A DNA stretch of 61,396 nucleotides, the filler included, from Basidioascus undulatus (Eukaryota), in the NCBI GenBank assembly GCA_000826855.1. It is 6 parts of 6 records of this genome, joined end to end, with 100 filler letters (N's around TTAATTAATTAA, not from the genome) between each part and the next. Parts side by side here need not be neighbours in the genome. Positions count along the whole stretch, not along the records: positions 1 to 27,348 come from JTLS01000168.1; positions 27,449 to 34,167 come from JTLS01001682.1; positions 34,268 to 40,979 come from JTLS01001683.1; 3 more parts are not named here. One strand, 5' to 3'. Of the stretch, positions 22,859 to 34,385 are shown in pieces; the stretch's first letter is position 1; the number at the start of each line of letters is the position of its first letter. The notes under the pieces are model-generated. The model did no database searches and was not told the DNA's origin. It was given only the letters and a program-made list of their open reading frames with translations. The translations under genes were made by a program, and so were the position numbers.

Positions 22859-24749
22859 GCTCGAGTATGTCAAACAGACGGTATTGAGGGGTGGCTGCGA
22901 TGTGAATGACGAGAAAGTCGGGACTTTAAGACGGCGGCGAGCGGTGATAAGAGATGGAGCAAGCCAGAAGAGCAGCGCGGAGCCTTGCGGTTATCAGTTC
23001 TGGCTGGCACGTGCCCAGCTCCCTAGTTCTTCCACTGCCCATATTGCAGCCTCTCAGTCCTGTAAGAGGTGTTGCTTTTGGAAGGCAAAATAAGACAATT
23101 GGGGCAACAGAGGGTAAAGGTATGGCGGTTCTGACGAACATCGTCTTCTATCAAAAGAGCAGTAGTGCGCTTGTTTTAAGCAGTCACGGGGTCCTGGACT
23201 CGCCAATGCTCTCGCTGCTTCGAGACCGTTGAGAATTCCCGAAATAACATATAAGAAGTTTCTACAAATGATAGTCCTTTCGGGATAAGAAGGCCCATAC
23301 AAAGTAATGGCCCAGCCTTGCCGAGTACGTTGGGAATGAGCATAATATGTGTCCAATCTCACGAAGCCTCGCGCCGCCGCTCCTAGAAAACAAGATGAGC
23401 GGTAGATAAACGGATTCCCCCCACAGAAAGAGAACCCCTATGAAGCACTATGACGTCAGGGGTTACACTCTGCCTATCGCCCAACCACTTCACCCAAAGC
23501 CAACCAGCTAAAGACCAGGCTGATATCTGCTGATGGGGGACAGAGTTTGGCACAACAATCTGAAAGATGCGGAATTGATTCACGGCTGTATGATTGTTCA
23601 AGAATACAATCACTATACAGCACTCCTTTCGCTGCACCTGCAACATGGCTGACCAGCACGGAAGCTTCGCTGAACAGCGGGAAGCTAAGCCACATTGTCT
23701 TAAAACATGTGTAAGAGGCTAAGGGTGAGATTATTTGGGAGCTCAACTGTAAATTCGGGGTCTGTCCGCACACGCAGTCTGGCCAAGGGTCGTCAAAGCC
23801 TGCATCGCGATCACCTTCGTTGCCGATGAGGGCGCTGACGGATGTCGATTCCCCCACATCTGGCCTCGGATGATAACTAGATCCTTTGAAGCTTGTGTGA
23901 ACTGATCAACTATCTTGGTTGGTAACTTAAAAAAACAGCGTAGCGTCTAATTTTTCTTGCCTCCCGCCTCCCCGGACACGAGTTCGTCGTTTAGGGAATC
24001 AGGCCTGGATGTACACTGACCGTGTACATCGACGCTGTGAGGAGCTTCTTCTTTCTCTCAAGGCCAAGTCAGACAGGCAAATGCTGCGCGTGATGCATAG
24101 CTTTATAGCCTTCCGCAACTTGCGGGGATGTGTCACGGTGCAGTGGGCAACACCTCGCGCGACAACAGCACTAGGTCGTGGACGCTGATTTGGGTTTCCT
24201 TTTTTCGGATAGTTGAAAGCACTTTGTTGATTATATCTGTGTAGATGGGTGGGGCGGACTTTGAGAAAGGTGGCAGAGTGGCAGACTGATCCGGGAACAC
24301 GCCGTTGTCGCTGGCAGACGCAGCTGACTACAAGAGCACATACTTGGAGAGCAGATGATGATGACGATTGCTTTGGAGGCGAAGTTAATACAACGGGAAA
24401 AGAATAAACCATAAGTCAACCGTCGCAATTGGCGCCGAGCGCCTGAGCTCACACGCAGTGACAGCCCCTCTGCAGGTCGCTCACTCACTCGCGCAGCCGA
24501 CGTCTTCGATCCATTCGACTTCACAATTCCCTTGAGCCGCACTTGTCCACCATTCCTCACTAGCATTCTTTTCCCGGTAATAAATCCCTCAAAACGCCCA
24601 CTCCAGAAAGACTGTGTGCGGACTGTACTTGGCTCGGCTTCGTGTGGAACAGGCTGCTGGACGCGTCCACCAACGTCCACTGTCTCACCCCCCTTTCGTT
24701 GCGGGGCGAGACAGTGGACGGTCCATGCGCGACTTGCCCTGCTTTCTCG

Positions 24750-24807
24750 AGCCTTGTGAGCAATTGCTTGTGGCGAGCAATTGCTTGTGGCAATTGCTCA
24801 CAAGGCT
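24750..24807. repeat. Perfect 18-bp inverted repeat with a 22-nt spacer; three GCAATTGC palindromes
   Basis: AGCCTTGTGAGCAATTGC (24750-24767) is the reverse complement of GCAATTGCTCACAAGGCT (24790-24807). Spacer is TTGTGGCGAGCAATTGCTTGTG. Confidence 0.9.
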
Positions 24808-25688
24808 TCTCTTGCCTCTTTACACTTGCAGACTTGACGGCGTAGGGGACACTCTCGTCTATGCCTTGAAAATCGAGGTCCAGAAGGGCGGCGCATGTTG
24901 TGACAACTGCGCAAGACCCACGGCCTTGCCCCTCCCCCCCCCCTTCTTCCGCTCATCTGCCGACAGGCTCCAGCAGGGCCCACTTATGCGGGTTGTGTAT
25001 TTGCCTGGCTAGGCCAGAGCTTTGCGTAATCAGCTACGCAGACATCTTGACCCTACCATGTAATTCCTGCTGTTGGAGAGGTCAAATGCGAGCCATGACC
25101 CAGTGTCCTGGTCAGAAAGTCGCCAACTGTGTCCGGCAGTTGACATACAGACTACTTCAGCCTCGAAACGCCAACACCACACCGTAAAAGCCATGCGCTG
25201 GTCGTCCACCTCGGCTTGAAAAGTACATAACACAGACAATTTAAACTCCCTCCTATATTCTTTCAATAAATGGGCGCGCGGAAGGCAATCAGACAGTCGC
25301 GTGCATCCACTGCTTCAACGGCCGCGTCCGTTTGACAACACGCCCTTATTGATCCAACAGCACACGATCAATGCCGATCATCGTGGTGCAAGTGCCGAAT
25401 GTGAGCACAAATGCTACCCGTACTGACGGAAACGCCGAAAGGTCAGTGTATACGACAGCCTTCGACTGGCTCCAGCAGACAGGCTCCCTCCGGAACCCCC
25501 GTGCAGCCGTCCTACTTTATACCAATGCACTGAACCTTCCGAAACGCACACACTGAACAACCGGAATCCCGTGCGTCACGCTCGCACAACCGAAGTGAAT
25601 ATGCAAATGCGTTCCCGCCTCCTTCGCCCAACTCTACCCCACCTCGCCCCATCCTCGACAACCACCGCCGTAGCGAATGCCTGTGACC

Positions 25689-27348
25689 TTACCTCCCCCA
25701 CCTCAACCACCCAAACGCCCACGCAACGCCACCGCCCACAACGACCACCGCCGCGAGCGCGCGGAGGACAATCGCGACGATGAGGGCCTTCCGGACCGCC
25801 GCGTAGAACGCGCTAAGCGCCATGCCTGCCCAGTTGATCCTTTTCCCCCAGCGCCACATCAGTTTCTGTGCGGGCATTCACCCCTCCCCTGTCCTTCACC
25901 TTATCCCCGACCTCAGAAACGAGGAAGAGGACGAGGGTAGGAGAGGAGAGGAGGGGAGAGAAGAAGGAAGGCCGGAAGATGGAGACGCACCGCTGGTCCC
26001 CCGCCCCCATTCCCATCCCCTGCGCCACCCCGCCCTCGGCCGCGCGCTCCCAGTTGCGCACAATCTGGCGGTACCGTCGTCCGAAGACCCAGATCCAGAA
26101 GTTGGTGTCGGGCGTGGAGAAGCGGGGGAAGACGGATCTGCGGGTTGCCCGACGGGCTTGTCAGCGCTGCCTGCGGGGAAGATTGGGAGAGGAAGGCAGG
26201 GGGCAAGAGGGAGAGGGAGAGGGACGAGAGAAGAGGGATGGAGAGCGCGAGGCCGGGGTAGGGGGAAAAAGGGGAAGACGCACGTGAGTGAGCCTGAACC
26301 TCCTAGGACGCGCTGGGGCGGGACGTCCGAGTGAAGAAGGGGGTCGAGGAACGCGTGCGGGTGCGGGGACGAGGCAGAGGTGGGGGGGAGGTGTGAGAGG
26401 AGGTCCCTTTGTGGCATGCGCCGTTCACACCTGTCAGCCGAGAAAAGAAGGAAAAAAGAAGGAAGGAGGAGAAGCGCGCACAGAGTCATCCCCAGCGTCA
26501 GCCCCCACAGCCTCAGCTCCGGCCGTTCCTCCACCGCGCCCGCGCCGTCCCTGTCCGCCTCCCGTTCCCCCTCCGCCTCCTTCCTCCGTCGCCGCAGCCC
26601 CTCCACCCCCGCAGCCAGTGCTGCCGGGGCTGTAGCACTCTCCAGAACGTTCAGGTCCGAGCGCGCGACGGCCTCCGGCCTGTCGGGGAGCATGAGCGCG
26701 CGGAAGTGCATGTTGCCGACGAGGAGCCAGAGCGCCCAGCGGACAAGCCTGCTACGCGGGGCGAGGCGCGAGGAGATGTCGATGAGGACTGTGCCCCATT
26801 TCGGTTGCTGGGGTGGAGCGGAGGAGGAGGGGGCAGGGGAGGAGGAGGAGGGGAAGGGGTGGAGGAGCGGGAGCGGGATCCAGTGGAGGGAGGCGACTTC
26901 GGCGGGGGAGAGGTCGGGCACGGGCGAGGAGGGCGTCGTTTGCAGGAAGACGAAGGGGGAGAGGATCATGAGGAGTCGCTTGCCGAGCGAGGTCGTGATC
27001 TCGCGGTCGTCGAGCTGCCCGATGCAGAGGTAGTCGCGCCTGTGCCTCCCTCCGTTCAGCCAGGGAAAGAGACGGGAAGAGGGGGAGGAGCAACGCACTC
27101 TGCCAGATCGAGCCCCAGCTCCTCATACGTCTCCCGCATGGCCGTAAACACCGCGCTCTCGTCATCATCCTCCATCCGTCCACCCGGGAAGGCCACATGG
27201 CTGCTCCACCGATCGCTCGTCCTCGCCGCGCGCTCGATGTACAGGAGCTCGGGGACGGCACGCGGGTCGCGCACCCAGGGGAGAGAGAAGAAGGACTGGA
27301 GGTCCGCGGGTGCGGCGGCGGGGGAAGGGGAGGAGGGGGAAGGGGAGA
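25689..27348 (-). CDS. Nudix hydrolase, CoA-pyrophosphatase-like (NUDT7/8/Pcd1-related) with a C-terminal TM; 5'-truncated at contig end
   Basis: PELLYIERAARTSDRWSSHVAFPGGRMEDDDESAVFTAMRETYEELGLDL (Nudix box), IGQLDDREITTSLGKRLLMILSPFVFLQ, LWGLTLGMTL, SVFPRFSTPDTNFWIWVFGRRYR, RINWAGMALSAFYAAVRKALIVAIVLRA...WGR*. Confidence 0.88.
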
Positions 27349-27448
27349 NNNNNNNNNNNNNNNNNNNNNNNNNNNNNNNNNNNNNNNNNNNNTTAATTAA
27401 TTAANNNNNNNNNNNNNNNNNNNNNNNNNNNNNNNNNNNNNNNNNNNN
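27349..27448. other. Artificial contig linker (44 N + TTAATTAATTAA + 44 N)
   Basis: Identical 100-nt spacer with stops in all six frames, present five times in the window. Confidence 0.98.
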
Positions 27449-28070
27449 ACCCTGGCGTTGCAGAATTCACACCCAAATGAAACCATCCAGCCTGACAAGC
27501 TACGCAAACTTCAAGCGTGAAAGCCAGACATGCATCGTAATTGCAACAATTTTGGAACAAGACCGATAATAGCTCAGTGTTCAAAGCTCCAGGCCTCTCT
27601 CTCCCGCGCTTGACTGACGATGCAAGCCGAGTGCAACAGACTAACACCAATCTGAGGGAGACCGGACGATGAACTCAGCTTTATATGGCTGTCTGGGCGA
27701 ACAAGGAAACGGACAGAGGAGTAGCCAGCATCGTAGCGGTTTGCTAGAAAATGGTACATCACCTTGTAAATAAGTGTCAATATGAAAGTTTCGAAACTTT
27801 GAATTAAAAAGCTTGACGCAGACACCCACCATAACAGCCAAAGTCTGCATATGCTAGGAAGGGGCAGGGCATACAAAACAAGGGTAGACAAAGGAAAAGA
27901 AGACAAAGAAGAGAGGCTGTGTTGATGACAAGCAGTGAGGGACATTAGGAGAGTAAAAGAGCCATGACAGAAGCAGCGGGCAGATTGAGCAAGACAAAAT
28001 GAATAAGCAAGAGGTGAGCATGCAGCGTGTGCGGGGCGGTGACCGTCATTGTGACTGTAATTCATGGAAG

Positions 28071-28815
28071 GAGTCCCCCGTCTAAGGACGAGGTCCGCGA
28101 TCCCGACTAGGAGTATTGCGAGAGGGGCAGCTTGGAGTGTGCGGTATGAAACTCGAGCACCAGGGCGTCATTGTCATCCGAGCCGTCAGCCGAGACCCAA
28201 GCTAGGTCCAGCTGACTCAATTGACCAGGTACTGAAACTTGCGGCGGAAGATGCAGGAGTCCAGGATTAGGAAACTTCATACTCCTCCTCGCCGTTAGCT
28301 TTGACAATAGGTGGCGGTAGCGAGGCGACCGAGCGTGACGGGAGAGTGTTTGGATGGTAGGACTCGAGGGAGGCATGGACGACCGGGTGGGTGCGCATGG
28401 ACGGTGGTACGGCGAGACGGAATGCGGAATGGGAGGAAGAGGCTCACGAGATAGTGGCGCCAGAGCTTGACAGAGGTTAGGTTAGCGCGGAGTTCCTTGT
28501 CGTGAATCTCGTAGTAACGCTCGGCAAGTTCCATCTTGCGGGAGAAGAACGCGACCGGGTGGAGACACCGTCGGGGTCGACCTGGGAGAGAATAGCAGAG
28601 ATAGCGAAGTCGGAGGCATTGGACTCGATGACGGTGTTGAGGGTAGGGTTCAAGTGGCGGACGATCGGGGCGGACGTAAAAGCGTGAGGTGTTGGAACGC
28701 GGAGCGAGCGGCATCGTCTTAGTCAAAGCGAGCGTCCTTCTTGAGGAGCTGAGTGAGTCGGAGGATGATGCGAGAATGGCCTCCGACGAAGCGATGATAG
28801 AAGTTGGCGGGCCGG
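28071..28815 (-). mobile_element. Ty3/Gypsy chromovirus relic: RT thumb/RNase H joined directly to the integrase GPY/F tail and chromodomain, then a polypurine tract
   Basis: ANFYHRFV...[16 protein letters not shown]...[40 protein letters not shown]...WRHYL...PFRI, then [20 protein letters not shown]...[26 protein letters not shown]...WVSA...ALVLEFH. PPT-like AGACGGGGGA near 28073-28082. Contains frameshifts and stops. Confidence 0.9.
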
Positions 28816-29763
28816 GTTAATATGCCCGAGGTTGTGCGTGAGCGCCGAGATGCTCGGCGAGAAAAAGTACTCGCCGCCCTGCATTACGCGAGCCCGCGTG
28901 GCATCAGCATCGCGTCAACAGACTGCTGAGAGTAAATATGGCTCACGTTGGGGATGACCCAATTCGGCAGGTCCGTCGTCGCTGGGTCCTTGTTTTTCTG
29001 CAAAGGAGTCTGAGCGTCAGCAAGGCGTGACGTGGAATAAGCAGATTACCGAAGTCACGCTGGTATCCAGGCCCTGCATGTTGCGCTTCTCTGCGTTGAT
29101 CGACTGGCCGATGATCGGGTCCCAGCCGGGCGGAGGGAAGTTGGGGTGGGAGGGAAGTCGGGGTTGTTGGCCCATCTCTGCGACGGCCGTACATGCATCA
29201 GTAGTTGCGCTAGAGGGGAGATGTAGGGAGTGGCGCACCTTCTGGAGGAACTGGAAGCCCTTGGACAGGTCCGACTGGTAGCAAGCGAAAAGCAGGCCGC
29301 GGTCCTCGGTGGTCCGCCCACTCTTTTTCTCTTCGTCCGTGACTTCGTCACCTACTCAGTCGCAAAGGCGTGAGCGCATCGTAAGACGTTGATCCGCGAG
29401 AAAATGACCATAAGCTGCTCACCGTATGGGATGCCCTGCCTGATGATCGAGTGCGGCAAGACAGACTCGTGGCGGGTTCGGGGCGCGGCCAAGCCGTTGC
29501 GCGGGTTCATCTTCCTGCAGACGCAAAGAGCCAAGAACAATCAGGTCGGTGTTTGGGCGACAAGCAGCGAGCCACTCACCGGATGTGCGCGGCGTAAGGG
29601 CATCTCTGCTGGTCCTGGTCGTCCGAGAAGTCGAAGTTGTTGTCTACTTTCAGCGCGTCCACTTGCGGGTTCTTGGTCACGGAAGCGCCTGCGGCTCGGC
29701 CGAATGCTACATCAGCACCTCCCGCTCACATCCCACCCCTGAATCACACTCACCGCTCTTCCA
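28816..29763 (-). pseudogene. C-terminal half of a fungal DyP-type (dye-decolorizing) peroxidase, introns retained
   Basis: Spliced WKSG|ASV...NNFDFSDDQDQQRCPYAAHIR|KMNPRN...IIRQGIPY|GDEVTDEEKKSGRTTEDRGLLFACYQSDLSKGFQFLQK|RWANNPDFP..(1-nt frameshift near 29148)..PGWDPIIGQ...GLD...WVIPN|GGEYFFSPSISAL. The N-terminal half with GxxDG is absent. Confidence 0.9.
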
Positions 29764-30215
29764 CGGAAGAGCAGGCAGTGGACGAGACGGCCCACCTTCT
29801 CGAACGTTGCGCACGTGCGCAGCCTCCTCAAGGGCCTGATACAGCCATTCCCCTTCGTCGAAGAACGGATCGCCCTCCTGGGTCGGATACAGCCACCCCG
29901 GCGACTCGAACGCCAACAACGCCGGCACGAACGTGTGCATCTCCCAATCCAACACAGCGCTGATCACGGTCCGTCCATGGGCATCCCGATCGAGGAGGAG
30001 GTTCTCGAGGTGCATGTCGCCATGGTACAAGCGACAGTCCCCCGTGAAGAAGGGAGAAAGAGCAGCTGAAAAGGATTTGAGACGTGCGAGGAGCTCATCT
30101 GCGGCGGCGGGATCAAGGTCGGAGTAAGGAAGGTTCGAAGAGACGGTAACGGCGGTGTGGAACGGCAAAGGCAAAGGGTCGACAAAGATGATAAGACTTG
30201 CACGGCCCTCTGGAC
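29764..30215 (-). pseudogene. Fragment of an aminoglycoside-phosphotransferase/choline-kinase-like (APH fold) protein
   Basis: RLYHGDMHLENLLLDRDAHGRTVISAVLDWEMHTFVP (Brenner HxDxxxxN motif plus DWE), with a frameshifted upstream RGPCKS resembling the GPF motif. No N-lobe is visible. Confidence 0.8.
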
Positions 30216-30359
30216 CAGGACGAGAGCGTGCTCAAAGCATTGAACTGTGTAGAAGTTATGCCACAAGTGCGAAGTCAAGTATACGGAGAGGCAGGGGGCA
30301 TACCTGCCCCCCCAAGAAGCCCAAGAAGAAGCCTCAGGCAACTCAACTGTCTTTGTAGG

Positions 30360-30830
30360 TCTGCAGTGTGCAAGTCCCATGGCAGGATGCTGACGGACGG
30401 GACACACTTGGGCAAAGGGCGAGTTGGGGCTGTTGGGACATCAACAGTGCGAAATGTGTGCAAAGACTGCTTGAAGATACATACCATGTGCTGAGGGAGT
30501 GTCTTGTCTCGTGGGATACCACTTGTACACAACTACAGGGATCTTCAAGAGCCCGCTCGGTGGCAAGGAAAGAGGCATCTGAGATCAACTGAAGCTCCTC
30601 CAAACAAACGAGGTTCATTTCAAGTACTACAAGCTAGTCCTCCTCCGACACCACCTGACTCCGTGTCGGAAGTCAATGCACAGTGTGTTCTGTCTTGCCT
30701 GGGGAGCGACACGCTTGCGCACACCCTTCTCAAAGGTGGACGCCTATGCAAAACCACGTTAACCTTACGAACTTATGTTTATCCAAGGCTACATCAGACA
30801 CTTGTTGGAGGCCAGAAACAGTCGAAAGGT
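30360..30830 (+). mobile_element. Probable non-LTR (LINE, L1/Tx1-like) ORF2 3'-end relic
   Basis: Degenerate CCHC knuckle (S)AKC-x8-H-x4-C in SAKCVQRLLEDTYHVLREC (30446-30502) and a downstream LLEARN (about 30804) resembling the L1-clade WxxRN motif. The sequence is CpG-poor and TG/CA-rich. Confidence 0.45.
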
Positions 30831-31473
30831 GCCCAAGGGGTGCAAGGCAGTTAGGCACCTAGGGAATTTCGCGTCCGAACACACTTGGCTAGATGTTCCT
30901 CGTCATGGATAAGGGAAAAAAATCAAAGTGATATTCCATTTTCAGTACGCCCTCAGGGGACAGAATCTGTACACGGTGTTTGAGGCGGCAACCAGGTATG
31001 CTCGTGCTCGCACAAGCACGCACTGCCGCCTCTTACGGTCTGAACCTGTTCTTCATCAAGTCCGTTCTGAGCGACTGAAGTCTCAGAAGAGGAAGAGTTC
31101 TTGAAATATTCAGTGAACACCGTCCTGTACAAACAACAGCCTCAAATATCGGCGAGGGTGTCGAGGTCGTACACTTGAGGTTGACCGCGCGCCGTGTGCT
31201 TATCGTGGACGTCACATACCCACGCACCCATGCAGTTTCGCCCGCGCTTCAACAGCATATACGAAAGAAAATTGATGAGACGTGCAGCACGCGGCCAGCG
31301 CTGTAGCTCAGCAGTCGATGCATTAAGGCAATCCTCGCTCACAAGTACCGTATGCAACACGCCCACACGACCTGTTACAAGTATTTCTAGGGAAATGCGC
31401 AAGGGTAAGTAGAATGGTACATCAATTACAGAGACAGAGAAAGAATGAAGTGTCCTATTAATTCATCCGCCGC

Positions 31474-34002
31474 TCAACGATTGCTCGCGAAGCTGCCGGG
31501 ACGAGAGTGCAGAGATCCACCCGGAGGAGGGATCGGGCTTCCGTAGTAACCCCCCCCAAGACTGTCCGGACGCTTCGTCAGCCCGGCGTAGTTGGCGGAC
31601 TGGCGCCTGGCGTGCTCGAGCATGCGGGGCTCAGGCACGACGAGCGGCGCGTCCTCGCTGGCCCGGCCGGGCGGTTGTGGCATCGGCCCTGCGCCAGACG
31701 CGACGCTCGCGCCCGCGAGGCCGTGGGCCTCGGACGCGAGCTCGCCCTCGCTGTTCTTCGCGCGGCGGCGCCGGATGAAGAAGAAGATGGCGGCGGCGAT
31801 GAGCGCGAGGCCTGCGACGACGCCGATGACGATGCCGGCGATGGCGCCGCCCGAAAGCGACGAGTCCTCGAGCGGGTAGAACGGGTCTTGCGGCGTGTTC
31901 TGGTCCAGGTCCTCGGCGGATCCGACCCTATGCTCATTAACATTATCAGCGCTACTTGACAGGTGCGGGAAAAGGAGGACGGCACGCACCAGGCGTTGTA
32001 ATTGTACTGCCTTGGTTGCGCGACGATCTCGACGTCCCCCTTGCCGGTCAAGATGGTGGCGCCGTTGCGCGAGAGCGTGACGACGACCTTGCCCGAGGCG
32101 AAGGGGTTCTTGATCAAGTTGGCGCCCTTCTTGATGTCGAAGTTTTTCTGATTGCTGCCGACAGAGATGGTCGCCTGGCCAGGGGCCGTGGCGAAGACGG
32201 CGCCATAGACATTATCGTCGACCTGTGCAAGGTAAAGTGGGGTTTTAGTTCTTGAGCGGAGAAGGTCTTCGGGCGGGAGTACGTACGATGGATGAGTTCG
32301 CAGGCCGGCCGACAGTGTCGTTCGTCGCGACGGCGTCCCGCGGGTGCGGGCGGTACCAGAAGTAGAACGCGTCCTGCCGAACGCCGGCCTCTTCCTTGCC
32401 CGACTTGTACGCGTCGATGTAATAGGCCTGCATCGTGAGCCACCTGGACAAGGCGCGTCGCGTCAGTCAGCCGCTGAAGGCAACGTGAAAGTCAAGCCGA
32501 GTATTCTCGGAAGATACGTACTCTGTGTGCGGCTGCAGGTATGCGTTACCAGAATAAGCATCAATTTATCTTATATAAAGATAGCAGTGATGTAGACGTA
32601 CGAAGCCGTCGACCCAAGCCTGCGAGTCGGGCTGAGAGCCCTGGACAGGCCCGATGTAGTGCGACTCGCCGAAGTCGTTCCTGTGTCGTGGCAGATTTTC
32701 AGCTTATTGTCGAGAAAAAGTGAAACAGATATCGACGCACCAAGTCAAGACCTCAACGAAGTCGGGCCCAACCTTGTCGAGCTGTTCCCACCTGAACCGA
32801 CACAGCAGCCCTCATTCAGCCCCGCAGCTTCTTCGCGAGGGTCTCACGCAAACTCACCGCTCGTTGAAGAGGTGGTCGTCAGAACGATATACCCAGTTCT
32901 TGTTAAGCGTGGTGTTGGGGTAGTGCGTGAAGAACCACGGGGAGACGGCAGCCATGTAGGCCTTGCTGCCGAGCACGTCGGTGTACGCCGAGTCCCCGAC
33001 TGCGGCCACCTGCGCCGTGATATCACAGTCGCATTGCGGCCTGGAGAGAAAAGAAGAGAAGAACGTCAGAACCCGTATATGAAATGCAGCGGACAGGACT
33101 GGTCAGACTGACCACGCGCCGTTCCAGTTGAAAAGTCCGTCGACAGCGTCCCACTCAACGAAGGCCGAAGGCGTCTGGCCGAAGAAGGCGGGGACAAAGA
33201 ATGGCTGCCGAAAGATCCCAGTGACCCCAATAAGTCAAAGTCGAAAAATGAACGCAGCGGGAGCAGCCTCGCAACTCACTTCCTTCCCGACCGACGACTG
33301 CACCTGCCCCTTCCAGTCGACCCACCACTGCTGACCCTTGACCTCGCCTGCAAACGTGCTCACGAGCGGCCGGTTCTTGTGCATGAGGTGCGCGGCCTTG
33401 CTCGCATAGCGGGAAGTGAGCGTCGCGACGTCCCCGACACTCGCATCGGCCAGCGACGCCATGTCAAGCGAGAGGAAGAGCTTGAACGGCGGCGACAGCA
33501 GTTCGGCAGCCGCGAACGCCTCGTCCACAACCCGTTCGGTGAAGTCGTCTTTGCCGACGTTCAGGGCGAAAGCATCGCTGCGAGGGGAGTGAGCGTGATG
33601 TCAGATGTCATGTCCACGTCCGCCGTCCACATCCCTGAAAAAATGCCCAGCTGGCACCGCAGACTCACATCCCATTGCCTTGGGCCAGCTTGAAATCAGA
33701 AGTCCACATCGTGTCCGTGTAGTTGATCGCATTGCCGACCTGCAAAGATCCCTCCATGAGCAACCGGTTCGAAGGCACGCGCTTTTCGGCTCGGAGTAAC
33801 TCACGATAAAGTGGGCGAACACGCTTCCCTTTCGCTTGGCCCGCTTTCCCAGCTCCGCGGTCCGCTCCTCCGCCGGCGCGGGAAGAGCACGGGCATAGAG
33901 AGGCGCGGGGATGTAGCTGGCCGCGGTGGGAGGGAGGAGGGTCGTCGCCAACAGGGGTAGGAGGAGGGACAGGGCGCTGAGGGCGCGATAAGAGGAAAGC
34001 AT
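31474..34002 (-). CDS. Glycoside hydrolase family 71 (alpha-1,3-glucanase/mutanase) with signal/pro-peptide, C-terminal TM helix and cytoplasmic tail
   Basis: Signal peptide, KR sites, then VFAHFI|VGN, DAFALNVG, FKLFLSLDM, PLVSTFAGE, FFVPAFF, DGLFNWNGAW, YMAAVSPWFFTHY...KNWVYRSD, VEVLTW|NDFGESHYIGP, WVDGF|PHTE|WL, FWYRPHP, YNYNAW, followed by LSGGAIAGIVIGVVAGLALIAAAIFFFIRRRR. Confidence 0.92.
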
Positions 34003-34167
34003 GGCGCTGAATCTCGCGGAGAACAGGCCGGTGGGGGTGGTTGGGGGTTAAGAATGAGCGTAGGCGGTGGGTGGAGTGGAAACGACTGGAATGCCTGGCG
34101 GACGGGGCGGGAAAGAACGAAAGAGAAGATTGTGGTCTGGGATCAGAGGGCTGGAAGGGCTGGGGGG

Positions 34168-34267
34168 NNNNNNNNNNNNNNNNNNNNNNNNNNNNNNNNN
34201 NNNNNNNNNNNTTAATTAATTAANNNNNNNNNNNNNNNNNNNNNNNNNNNNNNNNNNNNNNNNNNNN
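34168..34267. other. Artificial contig linker
   Basis: 44 N + TTAATTAATTAA + 44 N. Confidence 0.98.
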
Positions 34268-34385
34268 CAAAAGGTGGGGCAAAGTCGGAAGTGGGTAAGG
34301 TTTGAGCCATAAATCCTTCTCCCTTTCCTCTTCCCCCCTCCCCCCCAAAAAAACCGCTTCTTTCTTCCCTCCACTGTCGTTCTAC

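Noticed and set aside
27449..28070. Possible Helitron Rep remnant (FQNCCNYDACLAFT) or chromovirus 3' LTR
   Set aside because: Similarity is too short, there is no TG...CA boundary after the polypurine tract, and no second copy is available for comparison.
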